Assembly: GCA_017609285.1 (NCBI GenBank)
Contig: JAFCEE010000002.1
Span: 8,152 to 72,151, forward strand
DNA length: 64,000 bases
DNA from: Candidatus Pacearchaeota archaeon
GTDB lineage: Archaea > Nanobdellota > Nanobdellia > Pacearchaeales > GW2011-AR1
Direction of reading: 5' to 3'
Shown: positions 26,800 to 35,870 of the stretch, in pieces
Position numbering within the stretch: the stretch's first letter is position 1
How the letters are laid out: every line of letters starts with the position of its first letter
Made by a program: the position numbers and the translations under genes
The notes under the pieces: generated by a model
Told to the model about the DNA's origin: nothing
What the model saw: the letters and a program-made list of their open reading frames with translations, nothing else
Databases searched by the model: none

Positions 26800-27057
26800 T
26801 TAAACTAAATCTTCTTCGCTGACCACAACAAAATCTCCAACTGCGATTATAGCTGAGTAGGGTAAAAGAACTTCTTTTTCTTTTGTTATTTCTAAGTTTA
26901 AATTTTTAATATAAGGTGTTGGATCTTTTACTACTAACTGTATTAATTCGCCAACACGGGTTTCAAAAGTTATATCTTTTACTATTCCCAACCTTTTCCC
27001 TTCTTTTGTTACCACTAGTTTACCTATAATTTCGCTGAAGGGTTTTTTTTCAATCAT
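26800..27057 (-). CDS. PRC-barrel domain protein
   Basis: 85 aa. 'GKLVVTKEGKRLGIVKDITFETRVGELIQLVV...LLPYSAIIAVGDFVVV' fits the PRC-barrel pattern. Confidence 0.7.
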   Translation of the reverse strand: MIEKKPFSEIIGKLVVTKEGKRLGIVKDITFETRVGELIQLVVKDPTPYIKNLNLEITKEKEVLLPYSAIIAVGDFVVVSEEDLV

Positions 27058-27224
27058 GTCAGATGGAAATAGAAAATCTTTATAAACTTTTCTGTTAATG
27101 AAAAGTTGTTTTTAAGTAATATTGTTAAAAAAATATGTCTTTATTAGGGAATTTTTAATTTTTTTGAATTTGTTTTTAATTAAATAGAAAGCAAAGATTT
27201 TCCTAAATAAAATTGTTTAAATAA

Positions 27225-27250
27225 CCCCACCCCTTTAGTTCATTTGGAAA
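27225..27250 (-). promoter_or_regulatory. ORB-like origin recognition box 1
   Basis: The reverse complement TTTCCAAATGAACTAAAGGGGTGGGG contains a TTTCCA..TGAA core plus a G-string, as in archaeal ORB elements (TTCCA-N-TGGAAA...GGGG). Confidence 0.6.
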
Positions 27251-27278
27251 TTAAAAAAAAAGATTTAAAAAGGAATTA

Positions 27279-27308
27279 TTTTTATTTTTATTTTTATTTT
27301 TATTTTTA
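27279..27308. repeat. (TTTTTA)x5 tandem repeat
   Basis: Five perfect hexamer units were read directly from the sequence. Confidence 0.9.
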
Positions 27309-27317
27309 AAGATTTAT

Positions 27318-27345
27318 ATATTATATTATATATATTATATTATAT
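27318..27345. repeat. ATATTATATTATAT x2 tandem, with a third exact copy at 27437..27450
   Basis: Read directly from the sequence. The repeat lies inside a stretch of roughly 230 bp with almost no G/C. Confidence 0.85.
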
Positions 27346-27484
27346 ATAATAATTATAATTATTATATATAATGATTTTAAAATTGATTTAATATGTTATG
27401 CTGATTATATTATACATTATATATAACAAAAAATATATATTATATTATATGTGATATGAGATATATTTCTTACTATATAATTTA

Positions 27485-27498
27485 TTTCCATAAGAAAT
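27485..27498 (+). promoter_or_regulatory. mini-ORB-like box (no G-string)
   Basis: TTTCCATAAGAAAT shares the TTTCCA-NN-(T/A)GAA core with the two flanking boxes. Confidence 0.35.
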
Positions 27499-27580
27499 CT
27501 AGTATATACTTTTGATTATTTTTCATTCTAAAGTTATACTAACTTAAAATTTACCGATGATAAATTTTTTTCTTTTTTAG

Positions 27581-27603
27581 TTTCCACTTGAAATTAGGGT
27601 GTG
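27581..27603 (+). promoter_or_regulatory. ORB-like origin recognition box 2
   Basis: TTTCCACTTGAAATTAGGGTGTG has the same core plus a G-rich tail. It is in inverted orientation relative to box 1. Confidence 0.6.
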
Positions 27604-27690
27604 ACCTATATTTTACAAAACATAAAAATTTATAAAAAAGAAAAATGTGAAAATTCTACATATAATAAAAATTTAAAATAAAGAGGTAAA

Positions 27691-28896
27691 ATGCCTGTTC
27701 AAATTGATAAAATTTTTGATTCTTTTTCAAAAAATGTTCTATTTGAAAACAAATTTGTTTTACAGACATCATATACTCCTGAGAATATACCTCATAGAGA
27801 CAAACAAATAGAGCAAGTAGCAAGTATTTTAGCTCCAGCTTTGAGGGGAGAAAGGAGTAGCAATCTATTTATTTATGGTCAAACTGGGACAGGAAAGACA
27901 TTAAGTTGTCAGTATGTAAGAAATGAGATGTTAAAAAGAGCTAAAAAAAATTCCCTCCCATTAAGAATAGAGTATTTAAATTGTAAATTAAAAAAAGTTG
28001 CAGATACCGAGTATAGGATTTTAGCTGAATTAATAAAGAAGTTAGGTGGTAATGTGCCCGCTACAGGTTTGCCAACAGATCAGGTTTATAATAAGTTTGT
28101 GGATATTGTTGAAGAAGAAAAGAAATTAATTATTTTAGTTTTAGATGAAATAGACCAGGCAGTAAAAAAAATTTCTGATGGTTTTCTTTATAATTTAACA
28201 AGATTGAATTCTGAACTCTCACAGACACAAATAAGTTTAATAGGTATAAGTAATGACTTAAAATTTTTAGATAATTTAGATCCTAGGGTTAAGAGTAGTT
28301 TGAGTGAGGAAGAAGTAGTCTTTCCACCTTACAATGCTATACAATTACAAGAAATCTTAAAAGAAAGAGCAGAAAAAGCCTTTAGGAAAGGTATTTTGGA
28401 AGAGGGTGTTATTGCTAAATGCGCAGCATTTGCTGCTAGAGAACATGGTGATGCTAGAAGGGCATTAGATTTATTAAGAATTTCAGGGGAGTTAGCTGAA
28501 AGGTTAGGGAACAAGAAAGTAAAAATAGAGCATGTAGATTTGGCAAATAACAAAATAGATAACGATAAAGTTATTGAAGTAGTTGAGAACGCCCCAAAAC
28601 AATTCCAATTAACTCTACTTGCAATAATTAATCTAACAGAAAATAAAAAAGTTGAGAAAATCTATACAGGCGATGTTTATAATATTTATCACGATTTATG
28701 TTTAAGATATAAGACAGAAACTTTAACTCAGAGAAGAATTTCAGATATTATAGCTGAGATGGATATGTTGGGTTTAATAAATGCTAGGGTTATAAGTAAA
28801 GGAAGACATGGCAGGACTAGGGAAATAAAACTTTCAATACCACAAAAAACATTGGGTAAGACAAAAAAGATTTTACACGAATATTTAGGAGTATAA
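27691..28896 (+). CDS. cdc6: Orc1/Cdc6 replication initiator
   Basis: 401 aa. 'PHRDKQIEQV', Walker A 'GQTGTGKT', Walker B 'ILVLDEID', 'GDARRALDLLR' and a C-terminal winged helix. Confidence 0.95.
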   Translation: MPVQIDKIFDSFSKNVLFENKFVLQTSYTPENIPHRDKQIEQVASILAPALRGERSSNLFIYGQTGTGKTLSCQYVRNEMLKRAKKNSLPLRIEYLNCKLKKVADTEYRILAELIKKLGGNVPATGLPTDQVYNKFVDIVEEEKKLIILVLDEIDQAVKKISDGFLYNLTRLNSELSQTQISLIGISNDLKFLDNLDPRVKSSLSEEEVVFPPYNAIQLQEILKERAEKAFRKGILEEGVIAKCAAFAAREHGDARRALDLLRISGELAERLGNKKVKIEHVDLANNKIDNDKVIEVVENAPKQFQLTLLAIINLTENKKVEKIYTGDVYNIYHDLCLRYKTETLTQRRISDIIAEMDMLGLINARVISKGRHGRTREIKLSIPQKTLGKTKKILHEYLGV

Positions 28897-28931
28897 GTTA
28901 TTTGGCTTATATTAGAAAATTCAATTTCAAA

Positions 28932-30521
28932 ATGAATCAAAATATTCTTAAGTTTTGTATTGAGAAAGGTCTTTTGTTAGATAAAGAAACATTAAAATTC
29001 TTAGGAGAGATTGATGAAGAGATAGCTAAGGATGTTATTGAGAAAATTTCTAATTTAAAGGAGAGAGTAATAACAAGGTCTTTTATAACAAAAAATGCTG
29101 AAAAAATTCAAGAATTAATCAAAGATAGCAAGGTGATAGAAAAATTCAAGATTAATTTTGGTTTATCTTTCGAAATTTCAAGAGAAAGATTAATTGAGAA
29201 GTCAAAAGAAAGTTTAGATGAGGAGAAAGAAACTAAAAAAGAAAAGGAAGTGAAGTTAGACCATTTAAAAATTATTTATTCTCTTGCAAATTCTACTAGG
29301 AAAATAGAGCCTGATGATTTTGTTAAATATTTTAGAAATAGGTATTCTGAAATGAAGAAAATTATGCAAGAAAGAAAAGAGTTAGAAAATTTAAGTTCTA
29401 TTAATAAGATTAATGGTTCTAGGCAAAGTGTTTCAATTATTGGAATGGTTTTTGATAAAAGGATAACAAAAAATAAAAACATCTTATTAGATATAGAAGA
29501 TTTAACTGGAAAAATTAGGGTTTTAGTTAATAAAAATAAGGAGGATGTTTATGATAAAGCAAAAGAGATTTTGGTAGACGATATTATTGGTGTAAGAGGT
29601 TTTGGTGACAGAGAGATAATTTTTGCTAATGAAATTATTTACCCAGATGTTTTTTTACCCGAAAAAGTTAGTATAGACAGAGATGATAGGGCAGCTTTTA
29701 TTTCTGACATACATATTGGGTCTACAAACTTCCTTGAGAAAAATTTTTTGAAATTTATTAGGTGGATTAATGGCGAGGTTGGAGATGAAAAACAAAAAGA
29801 GGAGGCATTAAAAGTTAAGTATTTGTTTATTACTGGAGACAGTATAGATGGTGTTGGAATTTTTCCTGGGCAAGAAGAGTTATTGACAATAAAAGATATA
29901 GAAAAGCAGTATGATAAATTAGCAAGTTATCTTTCTAAAATAAGAAAAGATGTCAAAATAATTATCTGCCCAGGCCAACATGATGCTGTTAGAGTTGCTG
30001 AACCACAACCTTTTATAGGAGAGGATTATGGTTCTGCTTTATATAAACTGGATAATGTTATTCTTGTTAGCAATCCAGCTTTAATCGAAATTACTAATGA
30101 TGGGAATAGAGGACTTAAAATTTTAATGTATCATGGAGCAAGTATGAATTCTTATATTAATGAAATTGAAACTTTGAGATTAGGGAAAGCACACAACAAT
30201 CCTGCAAGAGTAGTTAAAGAGTTACTTAAAAGAAGACATCTTGCATCCATACACTCGTCTGTTACATATATACCTTCTGAGAAAGGAGACCCTCTTATGA
30301 TAAAAGAAGTACCGGATATAATTAATACAGCTGACTTACATAGATGTGATATAGACACTTATCATAATATTTTAATTATTTGTTCAAGTTGTTGGCAGAG
30401 TATTACACCTTTTGAAGAAAAAGTTGGGAATAAACCTGATCCATGTAAAGTTCCAGTTTTGAATTTAAAGACAAGAGAAATTAAAATTCTAGATTTTTCT
30501 GAAGAAAATGAACACAAATGA
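28932..30521 (+). CDS. polB: DNA polymerase II (PolD) small subunit DP1
   Basis: It has an OB-fold plus a calcineurin-like phosphoesterase domain ('FISDIHIGS', 'ITGDSIDG', 'CPGQHD', 'MYHG'). I place the start at ATG 28932; the track's TTG at 28902 is less likely. Confidence 0.9.
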   Translation: MNQNILKFCIEKGLLLDKETLKFLGEIDEEIAKDVIEKISNLKERVITRSFITKNAEKIQELIKDSKVIEKFKINFGLSFEISRERLIEKSKESLDEEKETKKEKEVKLDHLKIIYSLANSTRKIEPDDFVKYFRNRYSEMKKIMQERKELENLSSINKINGSRQSVSIIGMVFDKRITKNKNILLDIEDLTGKIRVLVNKNKEDVYDKAKEILVDDIIGVRGFGDREIIFANEIIYPDVFLPEKVSIDRDDRAAFISDIHIGSTNFLEKNFLKFIRWINGEVGDEKQKEEALKVKYLFITGDSIDGVGIFPGQEELLTIKDIEKQYDKLASYLSKIRKDVKIIICPGQHDAVRVAEPQPFIGEDYGSALYKLDNVILVSNPALIEITNDGNRGLKILMYHGASMNSYINEIETLRLGKAHNNPARVVKELLKRRHLASIHSSVTYIPSEKGDPLMIKEVPDIINTADLHRCDIDTYHNILIICSSCWQSITPFEEKVGNKPDPCKVPVLNLKTREIKILDFSEENEHK

Positions 30522-33500
30522 GTATTTTAAAGATTTAGAAATGAAGACACGAGCAGTGTATAGTGTAGCAGAGGAAGCAAGAAAAAAAGGGCTTGATCCT
30601 GTTAGTAAGGTAGAGCCTCCACTTGCTATGTCTCTTGCTGAAAAATGTTTGGGGTTAGTTTCTACTCTTTATCCACAATTAAATGATAGAAGAATTATTA
30701 ATAGGATTTTAGAATTAGAAAAGGAATATGGGCAGTTAGATGTTGCTGTTAGTTTTAAAATTGCCGAGGAAATAGCAAAAGAGAAATTCTGCAAATTTAA
30801 GAATCTGTTAGAGGGAATTGAAGCAGGAATAAGGGTTGGCTTTGCTTATAATACCTTAGGTGTTGTATCAAGCCCAATAGAAGGATTTACTGGTTTAAAA
30901 TTAGGCAAGACAAAAGATGGAAAAGATTATTTTATTGCTAATTTTTCAGGGCCAATTAGAAGTGCGGGGACTACGGCGAGTTGTGTTGTATTAATGTTAA
31001 TTGATTATTTAAGAGAAATGTTTGGCTTTGCCAAATATGACCCAACAGAAAAAGAAATTAAAAGATATGTAATAGAAAATTATGATTATCATGAAAGAGT
31101 CACGAATCTACAATATCTTCCAACAGAAGAAGAAATAATTTTTTTAGCTAAAAATTTACCGATACAAATTGCAGGAGAGCCAACTGAAAAATTGGAGGTG
31201 AGTAATTATAAAGATTTAGAGAGAGTAGATACTAATTTTATCAGAGGGGGCATGTGTTTAATTTTTTCTGAGGGTTTAGCTCAGAAAGCAAAAAAAGGTT
31301 TCAGATTATTAAAAAGTTTGAAAGAAAAAGGTTTTAAGACTAGTGGATGGGATTTTTTAGAAGAGTATATTAAGTTGCATGAAAAAAGAGAGGTTGGAAA
31401 AGAGGACTCTTCTCCAGTTTATATTAAGGATTTGGTTGCTGGCAGACCTGTTTATGGTCATCCTTCTAAATCAGGAGGGTTTAGGTTTAGATATGGGAGA
31501 AGTAGGACTAATGGTTTTTCTGCAGCTTCTATTCATCCAGCTACAATGGGTATAAGTAACGGTTATTTGTCTATAGGAACACAGCTTAAAATAGAAAAGC
31601 CTACAAAAGGATGTGTAGTTACCTCTTGTGATAGCATTGATGGACCTATAGTAAAATTAAAAAATGGTAGTGTTAAAAAATTAAATAATTTTCAAGATGC
31701 TAAAAAATTATATCATGAAATTGAGGAAATTATATATCTGGGAGATATTCTTCTTTCTTTAGGCGATGTTATTAATAGAAATTATGATTTATTAAAGCAA
31801 GGATATGTGGAGGAGTGGTGGGAGTTAGAGTTGCAAGAGAAGGCAGGGGAAAAAGAAAATATTGATAAGTTTGATGTTGACATATATAAAGCAATTGAGC
31901 TTTCAGAAAAATATAAGATTCCTTTACATCCCGCACATATTTTTTATTGGACACAGATAAGTTTTGAACAGTTTTATGCTTTTTTGGATTGGTTAGGACA
32001 TGCACATTTAGCTAATAAAATAATTCTTCCTTGGAATGAAACAGAAAAGGAGAGGTTTAGAAAAGGGAAAAGAGCTTTAGAGTTATTGGGGGTAGAGCAT
32101 GATGTTACTACAGAGAATGTTGTTTTATCTGAAAATTTAAGTAAGAGTCTTTTAACTAATCTCGGAATTCCTTTAAAGATTTTAGAAAAAAAATTTCTTT
32201 CTGAAGAAATTAATAATATTTCAAATAAAATAAAAGATTATAAGGATGTTTTAGAAGCTATTAATAAAATTTCTAAATATGAGATTAAAGATAAATCAGG
32301 AACTTTTATTGGAACTCGTATGGGCAGGCCTGAAAAAGCAAAAATGAGAAAATTGACAGGAAGTCCAAATGTTTTGTTTCCTGTTGGTTATGAAGGGGGG
32401 AGGTTAAGAAGTGTAAATGAAGCTGTTAATATAGGAAGTGTTAAAGCTGATTTTCCTATTTATTATTGTAAAAAATGTGAAAGAGAGACCATATATTTTA
32501 GATGTGAGGTATGCGGGGAAGAGTGTAAAAAGATGTATTATTGTCCCGAATGTAAACAAAAATTTTTTTCTGAAAAATGCCCTGAGCATGTGAAGGGACA
32601 GAGTTATGTTAATAAAAGAATAGATATAAAGCATTATTTTGATCTTGCTATTAAAAAATTAGATTTGTTACCTACAGAAGTTCCTAAACTTGTAAAAGGA
32701 GTCAGGGGAACATCAAGCGAAGGGCATAATTTTGAGCATTTAGGAAAAGGATTGTTAAGGGCAATTTTCGGTTTGAATGTTAATAAAGATGGTACTATAA
32801 GATATGATGCTACAGAACTTCCATTAACTCATTTTAAGCCTAAAGAAATTAGGACTAGTATTGAGAGGTTAAAGGAGTTGGGATATACGAAAGATATGTA
32901 TGGGAAAGAGTTAGAAAATGAAGAACAGATTTTGGAATTAAAACCTCATGATATTATTTTACCTTCATGTCCAGAAACTAAAGATGAAAAAGCTGATGAT
33001 GTTTTTTTGAATATTGCTCATTTTATTGATATGCTTCTGCTAAAATTTTATGGCTTAAAACCTTTTTATAATCTTAGAGACAAGGAAGATTTGGTGGGGC
33101 ATTTGGTTGTGTGTATGGCACCACATAATTGTGCGGGAGTTATCGGCAGAATTATAGGTTTTTCAAAAGCACAAGGAGTTTTTGCTAGTCCTTATATGCA
33201 TGCTGCAATGAGAAGAGATTGTGATGGCGATGAAATGGCAGTTATGCTGCTTTTAGATGTGTTATTAAATTTCTCAACTAAATTTCTCCCATCTCATAGA
33301 GGAGGAACTCAGGATGCTCCATTAGTTTTAAATGTTAGAATAAAGGCAGGAGAGGTAGATGATCAGATTTTGGATTTTGAATTAGGGGAATATGGTTTAG
33401 AATTATATAGGGCTGCTGAACAAGGAAAACATTCTTCTGAAATAAATTTGGAAACTGTTAAAATAAGGTTGAAGGAGGGAAAAGACCCTTTTGTTAATAT

Positions 33501-33966
33501 CTATTTTACTCATAATTCTTCTGATATTAATTTAGGAGTTATTAATTCTGCTTATAAAACAATTCCTAATATGCAAGAAAAAGTTAGGGGGCAGATGTTA
33601 TTGGCTGAGAAAATTAGGGCAGTAGATACAAAAGATGTTGCAAGATTAATTATCGACAGACATTTTATGAGAGACATAAGAGGAAATTTGAGAAAGTTCT
33701 CTCAACAGGCATTTAGGTGTAGCAAGTGTAATGAAAAATATAGAAGGCCGCCCCTTGTAGGGAAATGTTTGAATTGTGGAGGAAATATAATATTTACTGT
33801 TTCTGAAGGTTTTATAATTAAGTATCTTGAACCAGCAATAGAATTGGCTGAGAAATATGAAATTCCGAGTTATATAAAACAGAGTTTAGAACTAACAAAA
33901 AGTTATGTAGAGAGTATTTTTGGTAAAGAAAAAGAAAAACAAGAAGGTTTGGGTAAATGGTTTTAA
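30508..33966 (+). CDS. polC: DNA polymerase II (PolD) large subunit DP2
   Basis: 1152 aa. The N-terminus 'YFKDLEMKTRAVYSVAEEARKKGLDP' is characteristic of DP2. It has Cys clusters ('CKKCERETIYFRCEVCGEEC...CPECK', 'CSKCNEKYRRPPLVGKCLNCGG') and 'MRRDCDGDE'. It overlaps DP1 by 14 nt. Confidence 0.95.
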   Translation: MNTNEYFKDLEMKTRAVYSVAEEARKKGLDPVSKVEPPLAMSLAEKCLGLVSTLYPQLNDRRIINRILELEKEYGQLDVAVSFKIAEEIAKEKFCKFKNLLEGIEAGIRVGFAYNTLGVVSSPIEGFTGLKLGKTKDGKDYFIANFSGPIRSAGTTASCVVLMLIDYLREMFGFAKYDPTEKEIKRYVIENYDYHERVTNLQYLPTEEEIIFLAKNLPIQIAGEPTEKLEVSNYKDLERVDTNFIRGGMCLIFSEGLAQKAKKGFRLLKSLKEKGFKTSGWDFLEEYIKLHEKREVGKEDSSPVYIKDLVAGRPVYGHPSKSGGFRFRYGRSRTNGFSAASIHPATMGISNGYLSIGTQLKIEKPTKGCVVTSCDSIDGPIVKLKNGSVKKLNNFQDAKKLYHEIEEIIYLGDILLSLGDVINRNYDLLKQGYVEEWWELELQEKAGEKENIDKFDVDIYKAIELSEKYKIPLHPAHIFYWTQISFEQFYAFLDWLGHAHLANKIILPWNETEKERFRKGKRALELLGVEHDVTTENVVLSENLSKSLLTNLGIPLKILEKKFLSEEINNISNKIKDYKDVLEAINKISKYEIKDKSGTFIGTRMGRPEKAKMRKLTGSPNVLFPVGYEGGRLRSVNEAVNIGSVKADFPIYYCKKCERETIYFRCEVCGEECKKMYYCPECKQKFFSEKCPEHVKGQSYVNKRIDIKHYFDLAIKKLDLLPTEVPKLVKGVRGTSSEGHNFEHLGKGLLRAIFGLNVNKDGTIRYDATELPLTHFKPKEIRTSIERLKELGYTKDMYGKELENEEQILELKPHDIILPSCPETKDEKADDVFLNIAHFIDMLLLKFYGLKPFYNLRDKEDLVGHLVVCMAPHNCAGVIGRIIGFSKAQGVFASPYMHAAMRRDCDGDEMAVMLLLDVLLNFSTKFLPSHRGGTQDAPLVLNVRIKAGEVDDQILDFELGEYGLELYRAAEQGKHSSEINLETVKIRLKEGKDPFVNIYFTHNSSDINLGVINSAYKTIPNMQEKVRGQMLLAEKIRAVDTKDVARLIIDRHFMRDIRGNLRKFSQQAFRCSKCNEKYRRPPLVGKCLNCGGNIIFTVSEGFIIKYLEPAIELAEKYEIPSYIKQSLELTKSYVESIFGKEKEKQEGLGKWF

Positions 33967-33978
33967 AGAACTAATTAA

Positions 33979-34263
33979 TTATATAGAATACCTTGGTAAT
34001 GCTTGTACAAAAATTCCTCCTCTTCCAGTTAAATCATTTTCATAATCAGAAATTATATGGTTAGCGAGATCTTGTATCGTTTTTTCAATATTTCCATTAT
34101 GTTTTTTTAAACCCTTTATTATATTACAATAGAGAATTCCAGAATATTTAGATTTTACTTCTAATGGAGGATTATTATTTTTTAATTGGTTTTCTATTCC
34201 TTCTTTTACTCTCTCAATATCCGCTATATCTGGCAGATCTGAAACTTGTGAATCAAGCGACAT
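33979..34263 (-). CDS. Hypothetical protein
   Basis: 94 aa. No family was recognised. Confidence 0.45.
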   Translation of the reverse strand: MSLDSQVSDLPDIADIERVKEGIENQLKNNNPPLEVKSKYSGILYCNIIKGLKKHNGNIEKTIQDLANHIISDYENDLTGRGGIFVQALPRYSI

Positions 34264-34305
34264 CTTTATTTTTAAAAAAAATTAGGATATATAAAGATTT
34301 TGAAA

Positions 34306-35517
34306 TTAAAAAGGCATGTAAAGCAAAATAGAAGGCAACATTAAGCTTCCCATTAAATGTGTTCTTCTTATTCCAAGTAAAATTGCAGACAAACCTGTAA
34401 AAGTTGAAATAATAAAAATCAATAAGCCAAGGAAGCCCGAAAAAATAAAAGAGAGTATAGTTAAAAATATCAAAACAGAAAGGGATAAAAATTTGTAATT
34501 GAATTTGTTTATATTTTTTGCAAATAGTTTTCCTATGTAAATGGTGAGAAAGAAAGCAACTAAACCAGAAATAAAAATTGTTATTGAAATTATAGAGAGA
34601 TGAAGAAGATTTAAGGAATTTAAAACTTTTGATAATGCTAAAGCGGTTCCTGTTCTTGCTTTTTTTATAGAATATAAAGTTATGAAAGATAAGCCAGCAA
34701 CAATTGTATTTATGCTGCCCAATAATATTAAAAATTGTTTTCTGTTAGTTTCTCCTGTTAAATCTGAACCTATAACTGCTGCTTGTGACGAGCCGAGAGA
34801 AGGAAGGAAAGTGCAGAGGGGGGCGGCAAGACAAGAAGCTATTCCAGAATTTGCCAATTCTTTTTTTGTAATTTTTATTTTTTTTAAAGGAGTTAGGGTT
34901 TGCTTTGGTATTTTTTCTTTTTTCATTAAACTTGTTATTAAGGAAGAAGAACCAAACAATCCAGTTAATAAAGGTAAAAGAGAATTTTTAATAGGTAAGT
35001 TTAGAGTCGCTAAACCCAAGAAACCAGAAAGAAAAAAGACGATTAAGGCAAATAATTTTGATTTTCTTTCCTTTATAATTAAATAGAGGGAAGCAAAAAT
35101 AAGGATAAGAAACATTATTGTTTTTATATAAGAATATATTTTTGGCAAGATAAAAAGAAAAAGGGGAGTAAAAATAAAAATAATTATAATGCCTATACAA
35201 CTACCATAGAGAGTATAAAGAATAGCTTTATAACCCCCTCCTTTATTGAGAAGTTCATGGCCAGGCAAAATAGAAAGGGAGGTATCTTCATCTGGAGCTC
35301 CTAAAAATATTGATGGAATAAAGTCAAGAAAGGTGTGAGTTATTGACATACTCACAATAAAAATTAAAGAAGCAAGAGGGGGGATAAAAGCTAGAGGCAG
35401 GGAAATGAGAAAAATAGAAATTAAATTTACATGGATTCCTGGGATTAGGCCAGTAATTAAGCCAGCAAAAATTCCAAGGACTAAAGCTAAAATTAATACA
35501 AGAATTTCAAGTAACAT
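34306..35517 (-). CDS. Polytopic membrane protein, TctA/DUF112-like
   Basis: About 403 aa from ATG 35517 (MLLEILVLILA...). It has at least 10 TM segments and 'GLITGLIPGIHVN'. The family call is tentative. Confidence 0.45.
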   Translation of the reverse strand: MLLEILVLILALVLGIFAGLITGLIPGIHVNLISIFLISLPLAFIPPLASLIFIVSMSITHTFLDFIPSIFLGAPDEDTSLSILPGHELLNKGGGYKAILYTLYGSCIGIIIIFIFTPLFLFILPKIYSYIKTIMFLILIFASLYLIIKERKSKLFALIVFFLSGFLGLATLNLPIKNSLLPLLTGLFGSSSLITSLMKKEKIPKQTLTPLKKIKITKKELANSGIASCLAAPLCTFLPSLGSSQAAVIGSDLTGETNRKQFLILLGSINTIVAGLSFITLYSIKKARTGTALALSKVLNSLNLLHLSIISITIFISGLVAFFLTIYIGKLFAKNINKFNYKFLSLSVLIFLTILSFIFSGFLGLLIFIISTFTGLSAILLGIRRTHLMGSLMLPSILLYMPF

Positions 35518-35824
35518 TTTTAATTTTTTCTGCCTGAATATGTAAATTTTGTTTATATTCTGTGACTTTGCCTTCAACTTCTATTTCTTGGTTTTCTTTT
35601 AAATTACAATTTGAACAGGTTATAGTGATGTTATTGTGTAGTTTAATTATTAAAAAATCATCATATGTTTCTACTTCTATTATTTTTCCTATTGTCTTTA
35701 CTCTTTCATTTGTCTTTAATTGCGGGTAATTGAAAACTTGTTTTGGTTTTATTATATTGGGGAGAAATAAAAGAAAAAATATTCCGAGGAAAGACAGTGA
35801 GAGGGAAAGTTTCATGAGCCTCAT
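35507..35824 (-). CDS. Membrane-anchored OB-fold (tRNA_anti-like) protein
   Basis: 105 aa. It has an N-terminal anchor and the OB-like segment 'ERVKTIGKIIEVETYDDFLIIKLHNNITITC...EIEVEGKVTEYK'. Confidence 0.5.
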   Translation of the reverse strand: MRLMKLSLSLSFLGIFFLLFLPNIIKPKQVFNYPQLKTNERVKTIGKIIEVETYDDFLIIKLHNNITITCSNCNLKENQEIEVEGKVTEYKQNLHIQAEKIKNVT

Positions 35825-35870
35825 TTTTAGATTAGAAAGATTTATAATTTAAAGTTTTTTTTAGTCAGTT

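Larger units (their letters stand above)
27225..27603. other. Candidate replication origin (oriC): inverted ORB-like boxes flanking an AT-only unwinding region
   Basis: See the ORB features below. The 630-bp intergenic region lies immediately upstream of orc1/cdc6. Genes diverge from it: minus strand to the left, plus strand to the right. Confidence 0.7.

Noticed and set aside
27279-27480. A possible CRISPR-like or satellite array in the AT-only repeats
   Set aside because: The units are 6 and 14 nt, lack unique spacers and consist purely of A/T. The position next to orc1/cdc6 and between ORB-like boxes fits a DUE instead.
34682-35086. 134-aa + strand ORF; similar cases are 3785..4114, 9141..9374, 11189..11572, 16744..17037, 20384..20776, 23594..24189, 26414..26803, 42666..43004 and 57997..58215
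   Set aside because: All lie antisense within longer, motif-supported genes and have skewed shadow-ORF compositions.
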